64,000 bases of DNA from IMG/VR virus record IMGVR_UViG_3300030012_001663, positions 1 through 64,000 of that record. The stretch is one strand, 5' to 3'. The stretch's first letter is position 1. Each line of letters begins with the position of its first letter. The notes beneath the pieces were generated by a model that had not been told where the DNA came from, searched no databases, and saw only the letters and a list, made by a program, of their open reading frames with translations. The translations under genes and the position numbers were made by a program. Positions 57,001 through 64,000 of the stretch are shown piece after piece. This DNA is from a virus.

Positions 57001-60000
57001 TAGTTTATCACCTATCTTCCAGCCTTTCTCTGGGACACTAACTGCAGGATTCTGTCCTATAGTTATTTCTAGATCATTGATATCTATTACATCAATAAGA
57101 TCTCTAAATCTTTTCTCAGCATCTTCTTTTGACTCACCGTCATTTCTATGAGCATATATACCAGTTAGTTCTCCTGGTCTTACTTTGCTATAGTTAGCTT
57201 TATTTTCAATAATCTTTTCTCTAAAGTTTACTTTGTCTTTAGTGTAGAGTTTAGCAAAGCCTACTTCTTGTACTAAAATGCTATCATCTCTCTTAGCATT
57301 AAAAGGTAGTAATGATATCTTGTTACCATCTACAAGACTTGTTGGTGATCCTAATATATAGAATCCTTGCCCTACAGAATTATAAACTACATCTCCTTCT
57401 TTTAGTTCTACACCATCAAAGACATATGTAGAAGTATCAGAGCCTTGTTTCATCAATGTCTTCCAATCAGCATGTGCTTTAGTCTGGCTTGTATAGACAC
57501 CAATGCTATTTAAATTTGCTTTTGTAAACATATAACCAGGCAATGACTTACCAAAGTTATCTGTAATTCTATAAGTTTTTTCTTTCTTACCGTTTACTTC
57601 TGTAGTAACCTCTAGTATATTAATACCGGGTCCTTTTTGTACCCACTTTCTTGTTGGACTTTGTACTGTATCTAAACCTTCTTGACTCAAGTCTTGCTCT
57701 ACTACATCTGCAATATTAACTGCACCTTTTGCTAAAATAGTTCTTACACCAACTTTACTAGAGTTTTGTGTTAACCATTCACCAAACTTGCTTTCATCTA
57801 CAGCTTCTTCTGTTGGTAAAGTTTCCATCCACATATTTCTAAGCTCTTGTAATGCATAGAATGCTTTTCTTGTAGACGCTAGATTTAACCACTCAGTTTC
57901 ACTTATAGGCTGCTCACCAGTATTCAGGGTGTTAACTTTATACTTATCATATAACTTAGTTAAAGAAGACTCAAGACTACCTTGTATCTCATCCTTTTTT
58001 ATTGGTGGAAGTTTTGATTCTTGTGCATCAATATTTTCAAAGGTTTGGGTGTCTTGAATTTCAGCTGCTTCCACATCAGGTTCAGCATTTTCTTCTTGAA
58101 CATCTTCTTCTGTTTGAGCTTGCTGCTTGTATACTGATATGGCGTCCTGGATTTTTGCATACTTATCTGGATTTGTTTCTTCTGTAACTTGACCAGCTTC
58201 ATCTTCAAAGTATTTTAATACAGATGCATCACCTGTAGTTAAGAAGTGCATTGCTGTTTGAGGATCAAGTACAACACCTAATTTATTCAGTTGGTTTAAT
58301 AATGTATTCTTTTCTACATCATTAACAGATGCTTTAATAATTTTTCTGAATGTCTTTCTGCTATTCTTAAATATGTTAGCCATTATAGGCTCTATTCTTT
58401 CTGCTAGTTTATCTAGATTATCTGGATCTCTTAATATCTCAATTGCTTTGTCATAAGCTCTTGTTCTTTCTTTAAGAGTACCATAATCAAGAAGTAATCT
58501 TAATGCCCTATCAACAGCTTCAGTATTTTTAAATGTACCTTTTTCTTCTGCTAATACATTAATATAATCTAAAAATGCTTTTCTTACTTTAACTATATTT
58601 TTTTTGCTTCTGCTAAACCTATCACCTTTTTTTGTTTGGTTCTCAGGTGCTGTAATTACATCATAGTAGTTCTGTAAAGCTTTAACTTTTTTCTTTTTGT
58701 TAGCTATATCTGTTCTAAAGTTACCTTTTGTATCTTTAAGAGTTTGTATTTCTTGCTCTAGTAAACTTATTTCTTTTTGTATTGTAGGTGCATCAGCAAG
58801 TACTTGTATATCATTAGCAGCACCTTCTGTAGCAAATATAGGTTCTGTTGCTAATTCATTATAAATACTAGTAGATCTTTCTAAAGCTCTTTGGAAACCA
58901 TCTTCAGTAAATAAATTCAAAAATCTAGCATGCTCATATGCTCTCCACTTAATCAATTCAAGAGTGTGCTCACGTGTACCTTTCTTAAACTTTTCTGGAT
59001 TATATTTATTTTGATATTTATTTTTGTGGTTTCTATATCTTTTCTCTTGCTTCTCTATTCTATTGATAAGATTATTTAGTCTTTCTCTACGTTTACCCGG
59101 TGTTTCTTCTTTAGCTCCTTCAGGGAAAGCTTCTATAAGTTCCTCATCAGATAACTGAGCAAGATCTCTTAATGCATCTGTGTAAAAATGAGTTCTACCA
59201 TTATCAAATAATGTCATAGAGTGTTGGAACTGTGCAAAATCTTTTGCGTCAAAGAAACCAAGAGGATCTCCTTCATAGTTGTATACATCCATTTCTTTGC
59301 TGGTATCATGCTGTACTGCAAAGTTTAATTTGTCTGGATTAAACTGACCATCAGGACTATCTAGCATTTCATTATAACCTTTGTTATACTGTTCTACTAG
59401 TTTCTCTATGTATTCAGTCTTTTGTTTTTGGTATTCCTGAAACTGTGCTTTGTTTACAAAACGGTTATACATATTAGGCATACCCTGAAATAAAATTCTT
59501 TGAGGTCCTTGTACTAATCCACCCATTAAGAAACCATGCATAAATGTTTCAAAACCTCTTGCTGACATTTGACTATCTACAGCTGAAGCAAACGCATGAT
59601 CCATTGCTTGATGATGTCCTGCAGATGGATGTTCTAGTATTTGAGAATAAAAGTCTTTCGTACCAACAGCAACTGCTTCTTGATAAACTTCTTGAAAACC
59701 TTCTGCAAAGTTAGCTGCAAAGTATCTTATAGCACCATGAGCACCTGCTCTAGCAGTACCACCTACTGTCCAAGACTTAATTCTTTTCATAGAAGGTAGA
59801 CCAAGCCACCCTTCTCCTACATCTTCAAAAACATCTCTAGATGCTTTACCTACTGCATCTCTTAATGGTTTAGTTCTTAGTATCCTTCTACCATAGTTAG
59901 TAAGTTGCTCATTAAATATTCTACCTAATGAACCACCTCTACCACTTAATGCTTTTTGTAATACAAATTTATTTGTAAGCCATATAAATGGAGCATTTAA

Positions 60001-61287
60001 TCGTAATGTGCTATATGCAGCTTTTGATGCATTCTCATGAACTTCTTGAAATTCTTCAGGAGTCAAATCTCTACCTAATTCATTAGACTTAATAGCATAT
60101 GCATTACCAAGTTGGTTTCCATATACCATACCAGCTTCCATTTTACCTTCTGCTATAGCTAAATTTAATGCTCTTATATCCCTATAAAATCCTCCAAATA
60201 GTAATGATGCTTTACCTATATTACCAAGACCTTGAGCAGCTACTTTAGTACTATTGAGTTCTTTAAGAGCTCTCATTGTATCAGTGAATAAGAATTGACC
60301 AACTGTAGATTCACCGGTTCTTATAGCATTCCACCAACTTCTTGCATGATCAACCCTGTTAAGACCACTTAGCATTCTTTGAGTAGCTTTTGCTGTCTTA
60401 TATATATTAAAAGTATTACCTATGGCTTTAGCTCCTCTATATAGATTTCTACCAGTACCCGCAACAAATGCACCTATACCAGTTGGAGCACCTACACCAG
60501 TCATTGTTACAGCTGCTGATCCCATAGCAAGAGCTAGTTCTTCTGCTGCTATAGATCCTATAATACCAAATGTATAAGCACTATTTAAAAGAAAATTATT
60601 AGCACTAGCACCAAAACCATCTCTAGAACTAGAGCCTATTCTCATACCTTGTTCCATAGCCATAGCACCTTCAATATCAGGGTCTCCTAGGTCACCAGAA
60701 AAATAATCACCTATTGCTCTATATCCACTAAAAAATGCTGAGCCAAACAAACCTCCAAACTGTCCCCACATTCTACTTCTGTCATCAGATAAAGAACTAT
60801 TTGCATTATAAATTTCTTCCATATCTATTCTATAGGGTGTAAATCCTATAGCTGCAAACTTTGGGTGTTCATAGTATCTGTCAAATCCTGTATCTGCTAC
60901 ACTAAACCTAAATGGCTTCTGAGTCTTAAAAGGACCTGGCTCACCAGGTAATTCTATATTATGTTTCTTTAGAAGTGCTGCCGGGTTACGGCTTTCAAAC
61001 TTTAACTTATCTGTAATAGAAGGTTGTTTACCTAAGACATTAAGTCCTTCAGGCATAAAGAAAGCATTAGCCTTTGCTTCTTGAGCAAACTCTGCTTGTC
61101 TTGCTTCATCTAAAAAATCATTTACTGGAATATCACCCAAGGGTATTTTAAACACATCACTAATAGGTAAATGTGAAAGATTATCTACACTGTTCAAACC
61201 TAACTGTGTATTTATAGGATTAGGTGCTAGAACTGACTCTGTCTCCCTTGGTGATGGAACAGAGGTTATGTTTCTTTCTTCTGCCAT
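48007..61287 (-). CDS. Giant virion-packaged RNA polymerase polyprotein (crAss-type)
   Basis: GADFDIDKL (50854-50868), YGVRIPSQ, AMTDNAKE; zincin HEAFH (55360-55374) with EEYMAD; hydrophobic cargo-like N-terminal region. Confidence 0.88.
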   Translation of the reverse strand: MAEERNITSVPSPRETESVLAPNPINTQLGLNSVDNLSHLPISDVFKIPLGDIPVNDFLDEARQAEFAQEAKANAFFMPEGLNVLGKQPSITDKLKFESRNPAALLKKHNIELPGEPGPFKTQKPFRFSVADTGFDRYYEHPKFAAIGFTPYRIDMEEIYNANSSLSDDRSRMWGQFGGLFGSAFFSGYRAIGDYFSGDLGDPDIEGAMAMEQGMRIGSSSRDGFGASANNFLLNSAYTFGIIGSIAAEELALAMGSAAVTMTGVGAPTGIGAFVAGTGRNLYRGAKAIGNTFNIYKTAKATQRMLSGLNRVDHARSWWNAIRTGESTVGQFLFTDTMRALKELNSTKVAAQGLGNIGKASLLFGGFYRDIRALNLAIAEGKMEAGMVYGNQLGNAYAIKSNELGRDLTPEEFQEVHENASKAAYSTLRLNAPFIWLTNKFVLQKALSGRGGSLGRIFNEQLTNYGRRILRTKPLRDAVGKASRDVFEDVGEGWLGLPSMKRIKSWTVGGTARAGAHGAIRYFAANFAEGFQEVYQEAVAVGTKDFYSQILEHPSAGHHQAMDHAFASAVDSQMSARGFETFMHGFLMGGLVQGPQRILFQGMPNMYNRFVNKAQFQEYQKQKTEYIEKLVEQYNKGYNEMLDSPDGQFNPDKLNFAVQHDTSKEMDVYNYEGDPLGFFDAKDFAQFQHSMTLFDNGRTHFYTDALRDLAQLSDEELIEAFPEGAKEETPGKRRERLNNLINRIEKQEKRYRNHKNKYQNKYNPEKFKKGTREHTLELIKWRAYEHARFLNLFTEDGFQRALERSTSIYNELATEPIFATEGAANDIQVLADAPTIQKEISLLEQEIQTLKDTKGNFRTDIANKKKKVKALQNYYDVITAPENQTKKGDRFSRSKKNIVKVRKAFLDYINVLAEEKGTFKNTEAVDRALRLLLDYGTLKERTRAYDKAIEILRDPDNLDKLAERIEPIMANIFKNSRKTFRKIIKASVNDVEKNTLLNQLNKLGVVLDPQTAMHFLTTGDASVLKYFEDEAGQVTEETNPDKYAKIQDAISVYKQQAQTEEDVQEENAEPDVEAAEIQDTQTFENIDAQESKLPPIKKDEIQGSLESSLTKLYDKYKVNTLNTGEQPISETEWLNLASTRKAFYALQELRNMWMETLPTEEAVDESKFGEWLTQNSSKVGVRTILAKGAVNIADVVEQDLSQEGLDTVQSPTRKWVQKGPGINILEVTTEVNGKKEKTYRITDNFGKSLPGYMFTKANLNSIGVYTSQTKAHADWKTLMKQGSDTSTYVFDGVELKEGDVVYNSVGQGFYILGSPTSLVDGNKISLLPFNAKRDDSILVQEVGFAKLYTKDKVNFREKIIENKANYSKVRPGELTGIYAHRNDGESKEDAEKRFRDLIDVIDINDLEITIGQNPAVSVPEKGWKIGDKLENPFIKKVNEKYTITLTYEGQPVAYMPNRQYLFVNQDNKRLSINDNPLSSLEYMFEGFADRNHILSEFNSSRSVVRIFDKLFADGKSSVSISELKDLGLNIKIQGESFDYNGPAVSVNEIENNTYDGNKFVLIRRTVNGKQVVTFESSLEKGSDAAQALYDKVVKDLKDNNLYKIALRTGYTAVMKRPDGTIKLAPLNLNPKEDIQEYFVKTIIQRALDTAKSNVDKKGKVKSNSYNTDWNKEIKADYYLAGKAGTQIAVQVTPYGSITLDMMGGKKVEIKANAIQKLIDGAIGETGATDVLASLITEYNKVNPNNTLSAESFKEPISETATVDEILDQTNTTIQFRQPKRKLHFSVDSTQADKDKIISTKVVKEETTKKEETLNIGKLDEIAAKSEQVSERQEQIEEFNKLQAQANALKKAIYEQAKEDGVPRKKALDENTEYQSLQKEVDNARKKLNNSSAYKILPAEFAEVETEKIDSFLSWAENNLPNFITIKDINEVGNRLKENGVTVGKFVLALDSLAGGLDINGTIYVGDHGFRYHEAFHAVFRMLLSPEEQKQYLALAEKELRAKLRSEGKNFETEIQKFKNSADLYGSMSRKRLEQEFFEEYMADQFELFKKNPKDTQTASFIKSLFNRFIAWIKSVFGKYSKNELQSLYESIDAGKFRSRGTTDNLYTDELINQGVTLDAYKLLPIKEIAGERTVDFEYLDPNISTFLVSSMAARFLQIKEKNPKMTLQAVEDQMYDEYYELYDPEQTRYNELSDELYDQLVEINTALMFEESPGSFPIIQAVRKQLEFYDLQYDKKADINEVIEENLGLRDVSEWDKDASLIGGASNIPTQIKQYIGTITVEDTDIFGNEFIVDQTIGVGGEVTKEGARLIVPVDVDRVYNGALKAVKNLNTPEDILLALYNYGQDNMHTKAFVDRLFNDAGMSQEDVQMLVDNKQMPVQVNNPAFLIQVIKSFQNSRFNYLFVQKDPANNKTYLYDAASRDAARSQINIWSAAYDVKLNEIKRNASSKSQATQTFDYAIGKLSRSRKSISEKALSKEAEIIREKLYNSTGILLSTGYIKYSMLVANEGKAILEPTKAQKTFIKQYQNVEPLSSKDFVTFRDIVSSATLKEDKSGNIFDKGVEGMESRLIRMAIANEQFDENVGASTYINADGNQVYLHQLPTFHSKMAVQMNDGDFIAELKEKYPNNYLLKSDAFNLLSETDQISILRIAGSRVASIEQSEAGQIIGDGGLVKQDSTTYGKQTAKEFLVNLINAYTYLYNTSNSKNKTVEVNGEKVALAPSLIRVLEASNTGDMMLLPVTKAVEGTGSDMTIAVPVLDEFVDILRQEYNRIVKEVVEPTQDRIEGYNSDENGRAYKLFTSRGYLSEEVATELEEIANKGELSFEDAVKKLTTLKGKLYNHVQTNLMNEFDEFLDTIAQLRVLGSDIPVAATGLVNKSGKLDADVDLAMEQLNLKRSDASFNLAQIYFNDKLNTTAINQLLLGDESRTLKDAVDQVKRGKGQNAAHKNITVPFVAPELGINHKLSSFGVLPFNDPMYQRKADDKLSEETDAQVYMTTKGSRYSNFGMGRLNKGFAQLHDQVQSGEEVTADQFFGSEDTRGYVSDQHVMNSMKLVYFDGSTYIKMSAVALTPELTSLKDENGEYTIPKPNKVELHNMRIKMEEYERANETVIFSAPTSALKMLKQNVLTHDQAFSASAIDKNNVTELSTDFMGLQVVNPSNKMQITSPTQMKTLITGEQKDNTKVTINGTEFTVKDIKEQYNKNNSQKILLSHIQKRNLLVDFDNLDGVKSDELLQPGVDLQLDLYNFLQYATESLKASQASSNIIEQFMTNEDGSMKYGLNTPNVIAKAEQLFMAYFSKSVMADKLPGTSLALMSGYGVKVYRRVLSLDENGNIDRQEIIREDVYHKQFGNEKPVLDISRDMDGLAGLIEASEGQGVIVLDKPRMGLKEYDSNGKYTGQRYSEFLMPAHHSEVVTGIKNTNASMPDAVAKAYGVRIPSQDNHSAINLKLIDFLPTYLGSTAVFPVDLLEISGADFDIDKLYTHFKEFYQKGNEFVEYGTNGYADYVEYVNSKIKARGKNIYKEALDKRNKGSETIKLDDDNTAIGRTSGLELDSIKALKMLGMPITLEQYNTYVETYGEPYAGALSNKDLDYKFALLGNDFVTTPRNIDGKNNVAISYEGTGLTRLTEIRKSLEVDAPEFAKRTADVKTDVNSLLGKTLSFKNNKEGADSIGVVVKPNLYYSLFAEFGIKLDPQYHFSINNSTFKTFGVDYVLENNRQNKKGDRIQYILSELITAMTDNAKERLASKLGLNKTALGYVTTMVSLGVPLETSIYFVNNPEVVALIEEGVSDFNINARIRELKAKPAKVTDGVLLKALNDKDVTKSQTVGILRVLQKVNTITNHSINATALINLMQGHGKNLADIVGKESAASQLGLGLTNKEFKQHRIKGGKTVPFDVRKIFEGDSFHATNYKIHKEFKDVLLPNILMTHSTDFKVMLATLGFNTKQLRENDIRKISTDLLSFLTITAYRNQLLNTEAKIGSGSLSNTMIYPNSITDENINVVVDRLKKLYKDEDNYFLDFFVYNRSFKDANNNTGLNTAVSNTFARLSDNQKIKLQNGFAKIYGEVNTKEDAIHILHYVMVKDGLQFAEGSLLEALTPFVMDRFIQNSEVVAKEFLSQKNDPNRVIDVFGKSIQELTKEFVEGYLKSSSSQSFVKTLYTPPSGSNVISINDKGLTIDFAAEGARASDLQAFEITPNGYIAPMYLRINKVLYELEDTGDRQDINIVNKKTNYLIVNSTGSTSQNGIGFMFDTVEFTRPTGKTIFETVVEKNKENDLEDFERAAGINDPNYFSGAEDISFDGVNVQVNNTNISKFVSKLTKAQATALERAEQQIEGVEEFETGTAVEDDVETPSKLKAMLKPKRSEMDVEKMTNYWNENIGPFNDRLAILADKEDINSFDDFLKKRKNLKFGISDDAFLENIKCTLKI

Positions 61288-61293
61288 CTTATG

Positions 61294-64000
61294 TTATTTT
61301 TGTTGGTTGTTAAGAAAATTTTGTTTTTTCTGAGTATTGATTACCATTCTATCTCTTAATTCTCTTCTATATGCTTGAATAATATAATCTATCTCAGCTG
61401 ATGTTGCTGGTACTTTACCTGCTTCATCTATTGTTACAATCATAGGTGATATCTTATCATTTACCACAAAATCTTGTTTGTCATCACTCCAGCTTACATA
61501 ATTACCAGTCATCATAAAATTAGCGCCATCTTTATAGAAAGATAAAGAACCTCCAGCATCAACATCAAAGGTAACATTATTATCATCACTATATGTCATA
61601 TCTATTTCATAATCTGAATAACCTCTACCAAAAGCATTTTCTACAGAGTATTGACTTTTATCAGACTCTTGAGGGAATATAATACTTAACTCACCTAATA
61701 GTCCTCTTAGTTCAGCTTCTGTTACACCTTGAGTTTCTGCATCATATTTACTTACAAATTGTTTTATGTAATCATCATCAAATTTAAGTACATATGCAGC
61801 ATGAGTTTTATCCCCTTGATTTGGAGGGCCAGCTACCGGCATATATTCTATTTGAACTCTTGGGTTCTTGCCTTCTCCAGATTTATCTATTATAAAAGCT
61901 TGTATATCTTGAACAGCTTGCTCAAAAAACTTTTCTGCTACAGGTTCGTCTTTACCTAATTGGGCATTTGCTTCATCAGCATCAACTTGGCTTTCTGTTA
62001 TATTCCCAAACTGAATAACTGCAGTACCTGAGTTAAATTGTTCTATAGCACCATTCAATAAAAATGCACCCTGTTGTGTTGGTGCTTTAGGGTTAAATGT
62101 TGCATCATACCCTCTAAATTGTCTTGCAGAATCACCCGTCATTAAACTAGGAGAAACATTTTCTAAACCTTCAGCATAAGACCATCTTTGAAAAGGTGAT
62201 TTAAAATCTGAATCTTTTTCTGTAGCATGAGTATTAATAGCGCCATTAAGCGTACCATTAATTAACATTTTTTGTTGATCATACTGTACTTTAGCATCTT
62301 CTCTAGCTTTACCTATTTTAAAAAAATCTTTCTTAAGAATTAAACCATATCTATTATTTCGTCTAACCTCTTGAGCATAAGCATTATTACGGTCCTCACC
62401 ATATAACTCATCCATTTCTTTTCTAGACATGGTTCTATTGTAAACATAGTTTTTGAAATCCTTGCTAAGCTCACCTGATTGAGCTCTTCTTACATACTCA
62501 TTTATAAAATCTTCTTCAGATAGTTTAACTACATTACCATTTGCATCTTTAGAAAAAATTCTAGGAACATTATATTTCTTTACATTATTTAAAATGTCTT
62601 TGCCATATTCTGTTTGGGCTGCAAACTCAAAATTGTTATAAGCTATCTCGTTCCCTTTATTAGTAAGCATAATAGATTTATTATCCTCTCTTCTTATATC
62701 ATCAGCTCTATCTCTGAAACCATCTTTTATTTGGTTTATTTTATCATTTTCTTCTTTGCTCCTTGATGTATTTGGATTTGAATTTTTCTCTAATATAGTT
62801 GATGAGTATGTTTCAAATAATTCATTTGCTATTGCAGAATTTGCTGGATTGCTTAAAAATATTTGTGCCTCATTAATACTCATTGCACCTTGACCTGGTA
62901 TTTCTATCACTGATGGTTTACCACCTTCTATATTAGATTGTATTTGTTGATGAGCATCTTTTATAAATTCAGCCTTAGATCTTTGATTTAAATTTAAATG
63001 TTTTTGTTTTGTTAACTCATCTTCTCCTATATTATCTCTAGTTAGACTTACAATATTATTATTTCTGTCTACCTCCATATCAACATTTGCAGCAGACTTT
63101 CTACTAACACCTGGGATCATTGGGCCAATAAAAGGATTCTCCAATGATTTCTTATACTCTTCTAGTTGTGCTTTAAGTTCATATTCTTTATACATTTTAT
63201 TCATATCCATTTTGTGCTTCTCTAAAGCTACACCGTATGGATTGGCTTTGATAGACTCCTTATAATCTATCATACTATATGACTTAGCTGCAGCCATCAT
63301 ATCATCATTGATATTATACTGCATATTCATCATGAATGCTTTATTCATTAAGTCTTTATCTCTTGTACCTTGAGCTGATACAGCATTGTTTACAATATCT
63401 TCTCCTTGCTCTATCTCTTGTCTTATAGCTAAATATCTGCTTATAAAATCTTCACCTCTTTTACCATCAGGAGTATCAGCACCAATGTTGTATTTTTCAT
63501 TATATTCTTTCCAAAGATCAGCTGATACTTTCATTACCTGAGCCTTTTTCTTTTTATCTTTTAGTAATGCTGCTGTGTTAGTGCTTATTTCTTCTATAGT
63601 GGTATTAGCCCACATCTCCTCACCTTGAGCAACTGAAGCAACCTCTCCTGCTTCAAGTCTTGCATTAGCAAAGTTTCTTGCTTGTACTCTTGCGCTTGTT
63701 TTATATGCTTCTATAACTCTAGGATCATCCATAAGAGCTCTATTTAAATAAGCATATGCTTGATCTGTTACAAGTGCACCATTCTTTTGGGTTATAATCC
63801 ATCTACCTTTTTCGTCAAGTCTATCTATCTCAACGTTAAAGCCTTGTTCTTTTAATAAGGCAAGGGATGTTTCATATAAATTAGCATTAGGTACATAGTT
63901 ACCTATACCCATATTTAATGCTTCATCTGGACTTGCATTAATATAATCTTGCATTTGGATATTTAAATCCTGCACTCCAGTTTCCCAATAAAGATCTCTT
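61294..64000 (-). CDS. Large virion cargo/structural protein, 5'-truncated by the window edge
   Basis: Reading frame stays open from 63975 to the window end (RDLYWETGVQDL); helical; directly upstream of the RNAP gene. Confidence 0.7.
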   Translation of the reverse strand, partial: RDLYWETGVQDLNIQMQDYINASPDEALNMGIGNYVPNANLYETSLALLKEQGFNVEIDRLDEKGRWIITQKNGALVTDQAYAYLNRALMDDPRVIEAYKTSARVQARNFANARLEAGEVASVAQGEEMWANTTIEEISTNTAALLKDKKKKAQVMKVSADLWKEYNEKYNIGADTPDGKRGEDFISRYLAIRQEIEQGEDIVNNAVSAQGTRDKDLMNKAFMMNMQYNINDDMMAAAKSYSMIDYKESIKANPYGVALEKHKMDMNKMYKEYELKAQLEEYKKSLENPFIGPMIPGVSRKSAANVDMEVDRNNNIVSLTRDNIGEDELTKQKHLNLNQRSKAEFIKDAHQQIQSNIEGGKPSVIEIPGQGAMSINEAQIFLSNPANSAIANELFETYSSTILEKNSNPNTSRSKEENDKINQIKDGFRDRADDIRREDNKSIMLTNKGNEIAYNNFEFAAQTEYGKDILNNVKKYNVPRIFSKDANGNVVKLSEEDFINEYVRRAQSGELSKDFKNYVYNRTMSRKEMDELYGEDRNNAYAQEVRRNNRYGLILKKDFFKIGKAREDAKVQYDQQKMLINGTLNGAINTHATEKDSDFKSPFQRWSYAEGLENVSPSLMTGDSARQFRGYDATFNPKAPTQQGAFLLNGAIEQFNSGTAVIQFGNITESQVDADEANAQLGKDEPVAEKFFEQAVQDIQAFIIDKSGEGKNPRVQIEYMPVAGPPNQGDKTHAAYVLKFDDDYIKQFVSKYDAETQGVTEAELRGLLGELSIIFPQESDKSQYSVENAFGRGYSDYEIDMTYSDDNNVTFDVDAGGSLSFYKDGANFMMTGNYVSWSDDKQDFVVNDKISPMIVTIDEAGKVPATSAEIDYIIQAYRRELRDRMVINTQKKQNFLNNQQK

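Larger units (their letters stand above)
1..64000. other. Segment of a crAss-like (Crassvirales-related) bacteriophage genome, likely Flavobacteriia host
   Basis: Giant virion RNAP with DFDID motif flanked by large cargo genes; PolB/primase/DnaB replication arm on the opposite strand; Flavobacterium-type promoters; dense phage-like gene packing; no integrase or host housekeeping operons. Confidence 0.88.

Noticed and set aside
2595-61959. Many short opposite-strand or off-frame ORFs in the track (e.g. 2714, 25574, 26533, 35830, 36485, 46279, 55412)
   Set aside because: They are nested within well-supported genes and show Ser/Leu/Phe-rich antisense-shadow composition
1-64000. Stop-codon reassignment (TAG/TGA) as in some crAss-like phages
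   Set aside because: ORFs of 4426, 1913 and 1170 aa are intact in the standard code, TAG and TGA end well-defined genes, and the only tRNA is not a suppressor
1-64000. CRISPR array, diversity-generating retroelement, integrase or IS
   Set aside because: No spaced direct repeats, reverse transcriptase motif, recombinase or transposase seen; the Cas4-like nuclease at 18898 is stand-alone

Overview
A 64 kb, AT-rich segment of a crAss-like (Crassvirales-related) phage, probably infecting Flavobacteriia. The host inference rests on TTG-N19/20-TAnnTTTG-type promoters, the absence of obvious Shine-Dalgarno leaders, and Bacteroidota-type genes. It uses the standard genetic code. Bases ~1-26 kb are a + strand early/replication arm: tRNA-Arg(UCU), SF2 helicase, UNG, DnaA-domain-IV-like HTH, DnaB, Sak4-like ATPase, SSB-like proteins, primase, RusA-like resolvase, a DUF6878/DUF6915/peptidase-VWA/MoxR-like operon with three paralogous partners, PD-(D/E)xK nuclease, PolB, SET domain, spore-photoproduct-lyase-like radical SAM, DUF932 and DUF5664. 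A bidirectional terminator at ~26.05 kb ends this arm. The - strand late arm carries four fibre/appendage proteins with a shared N-terminus, a holin, a CDGSH mini-protein and many tiny Lys/Arg-rich proteins. A + strand island (nrdBA plus a six-gene envelope cassette) interrupts it. Three giant virion cargo genes follow, including a 4426-aa virion RNA polymerase (DFDID). Capsid, portal and terminase genes are not in this window. The strongest leads are the SP-lyase/basic-protein pairing, the MoxR-VWA operon, the envelope cassette and a structured RNA upstream of the primase. All family assignments come from motif recognition by eye, not database searches.
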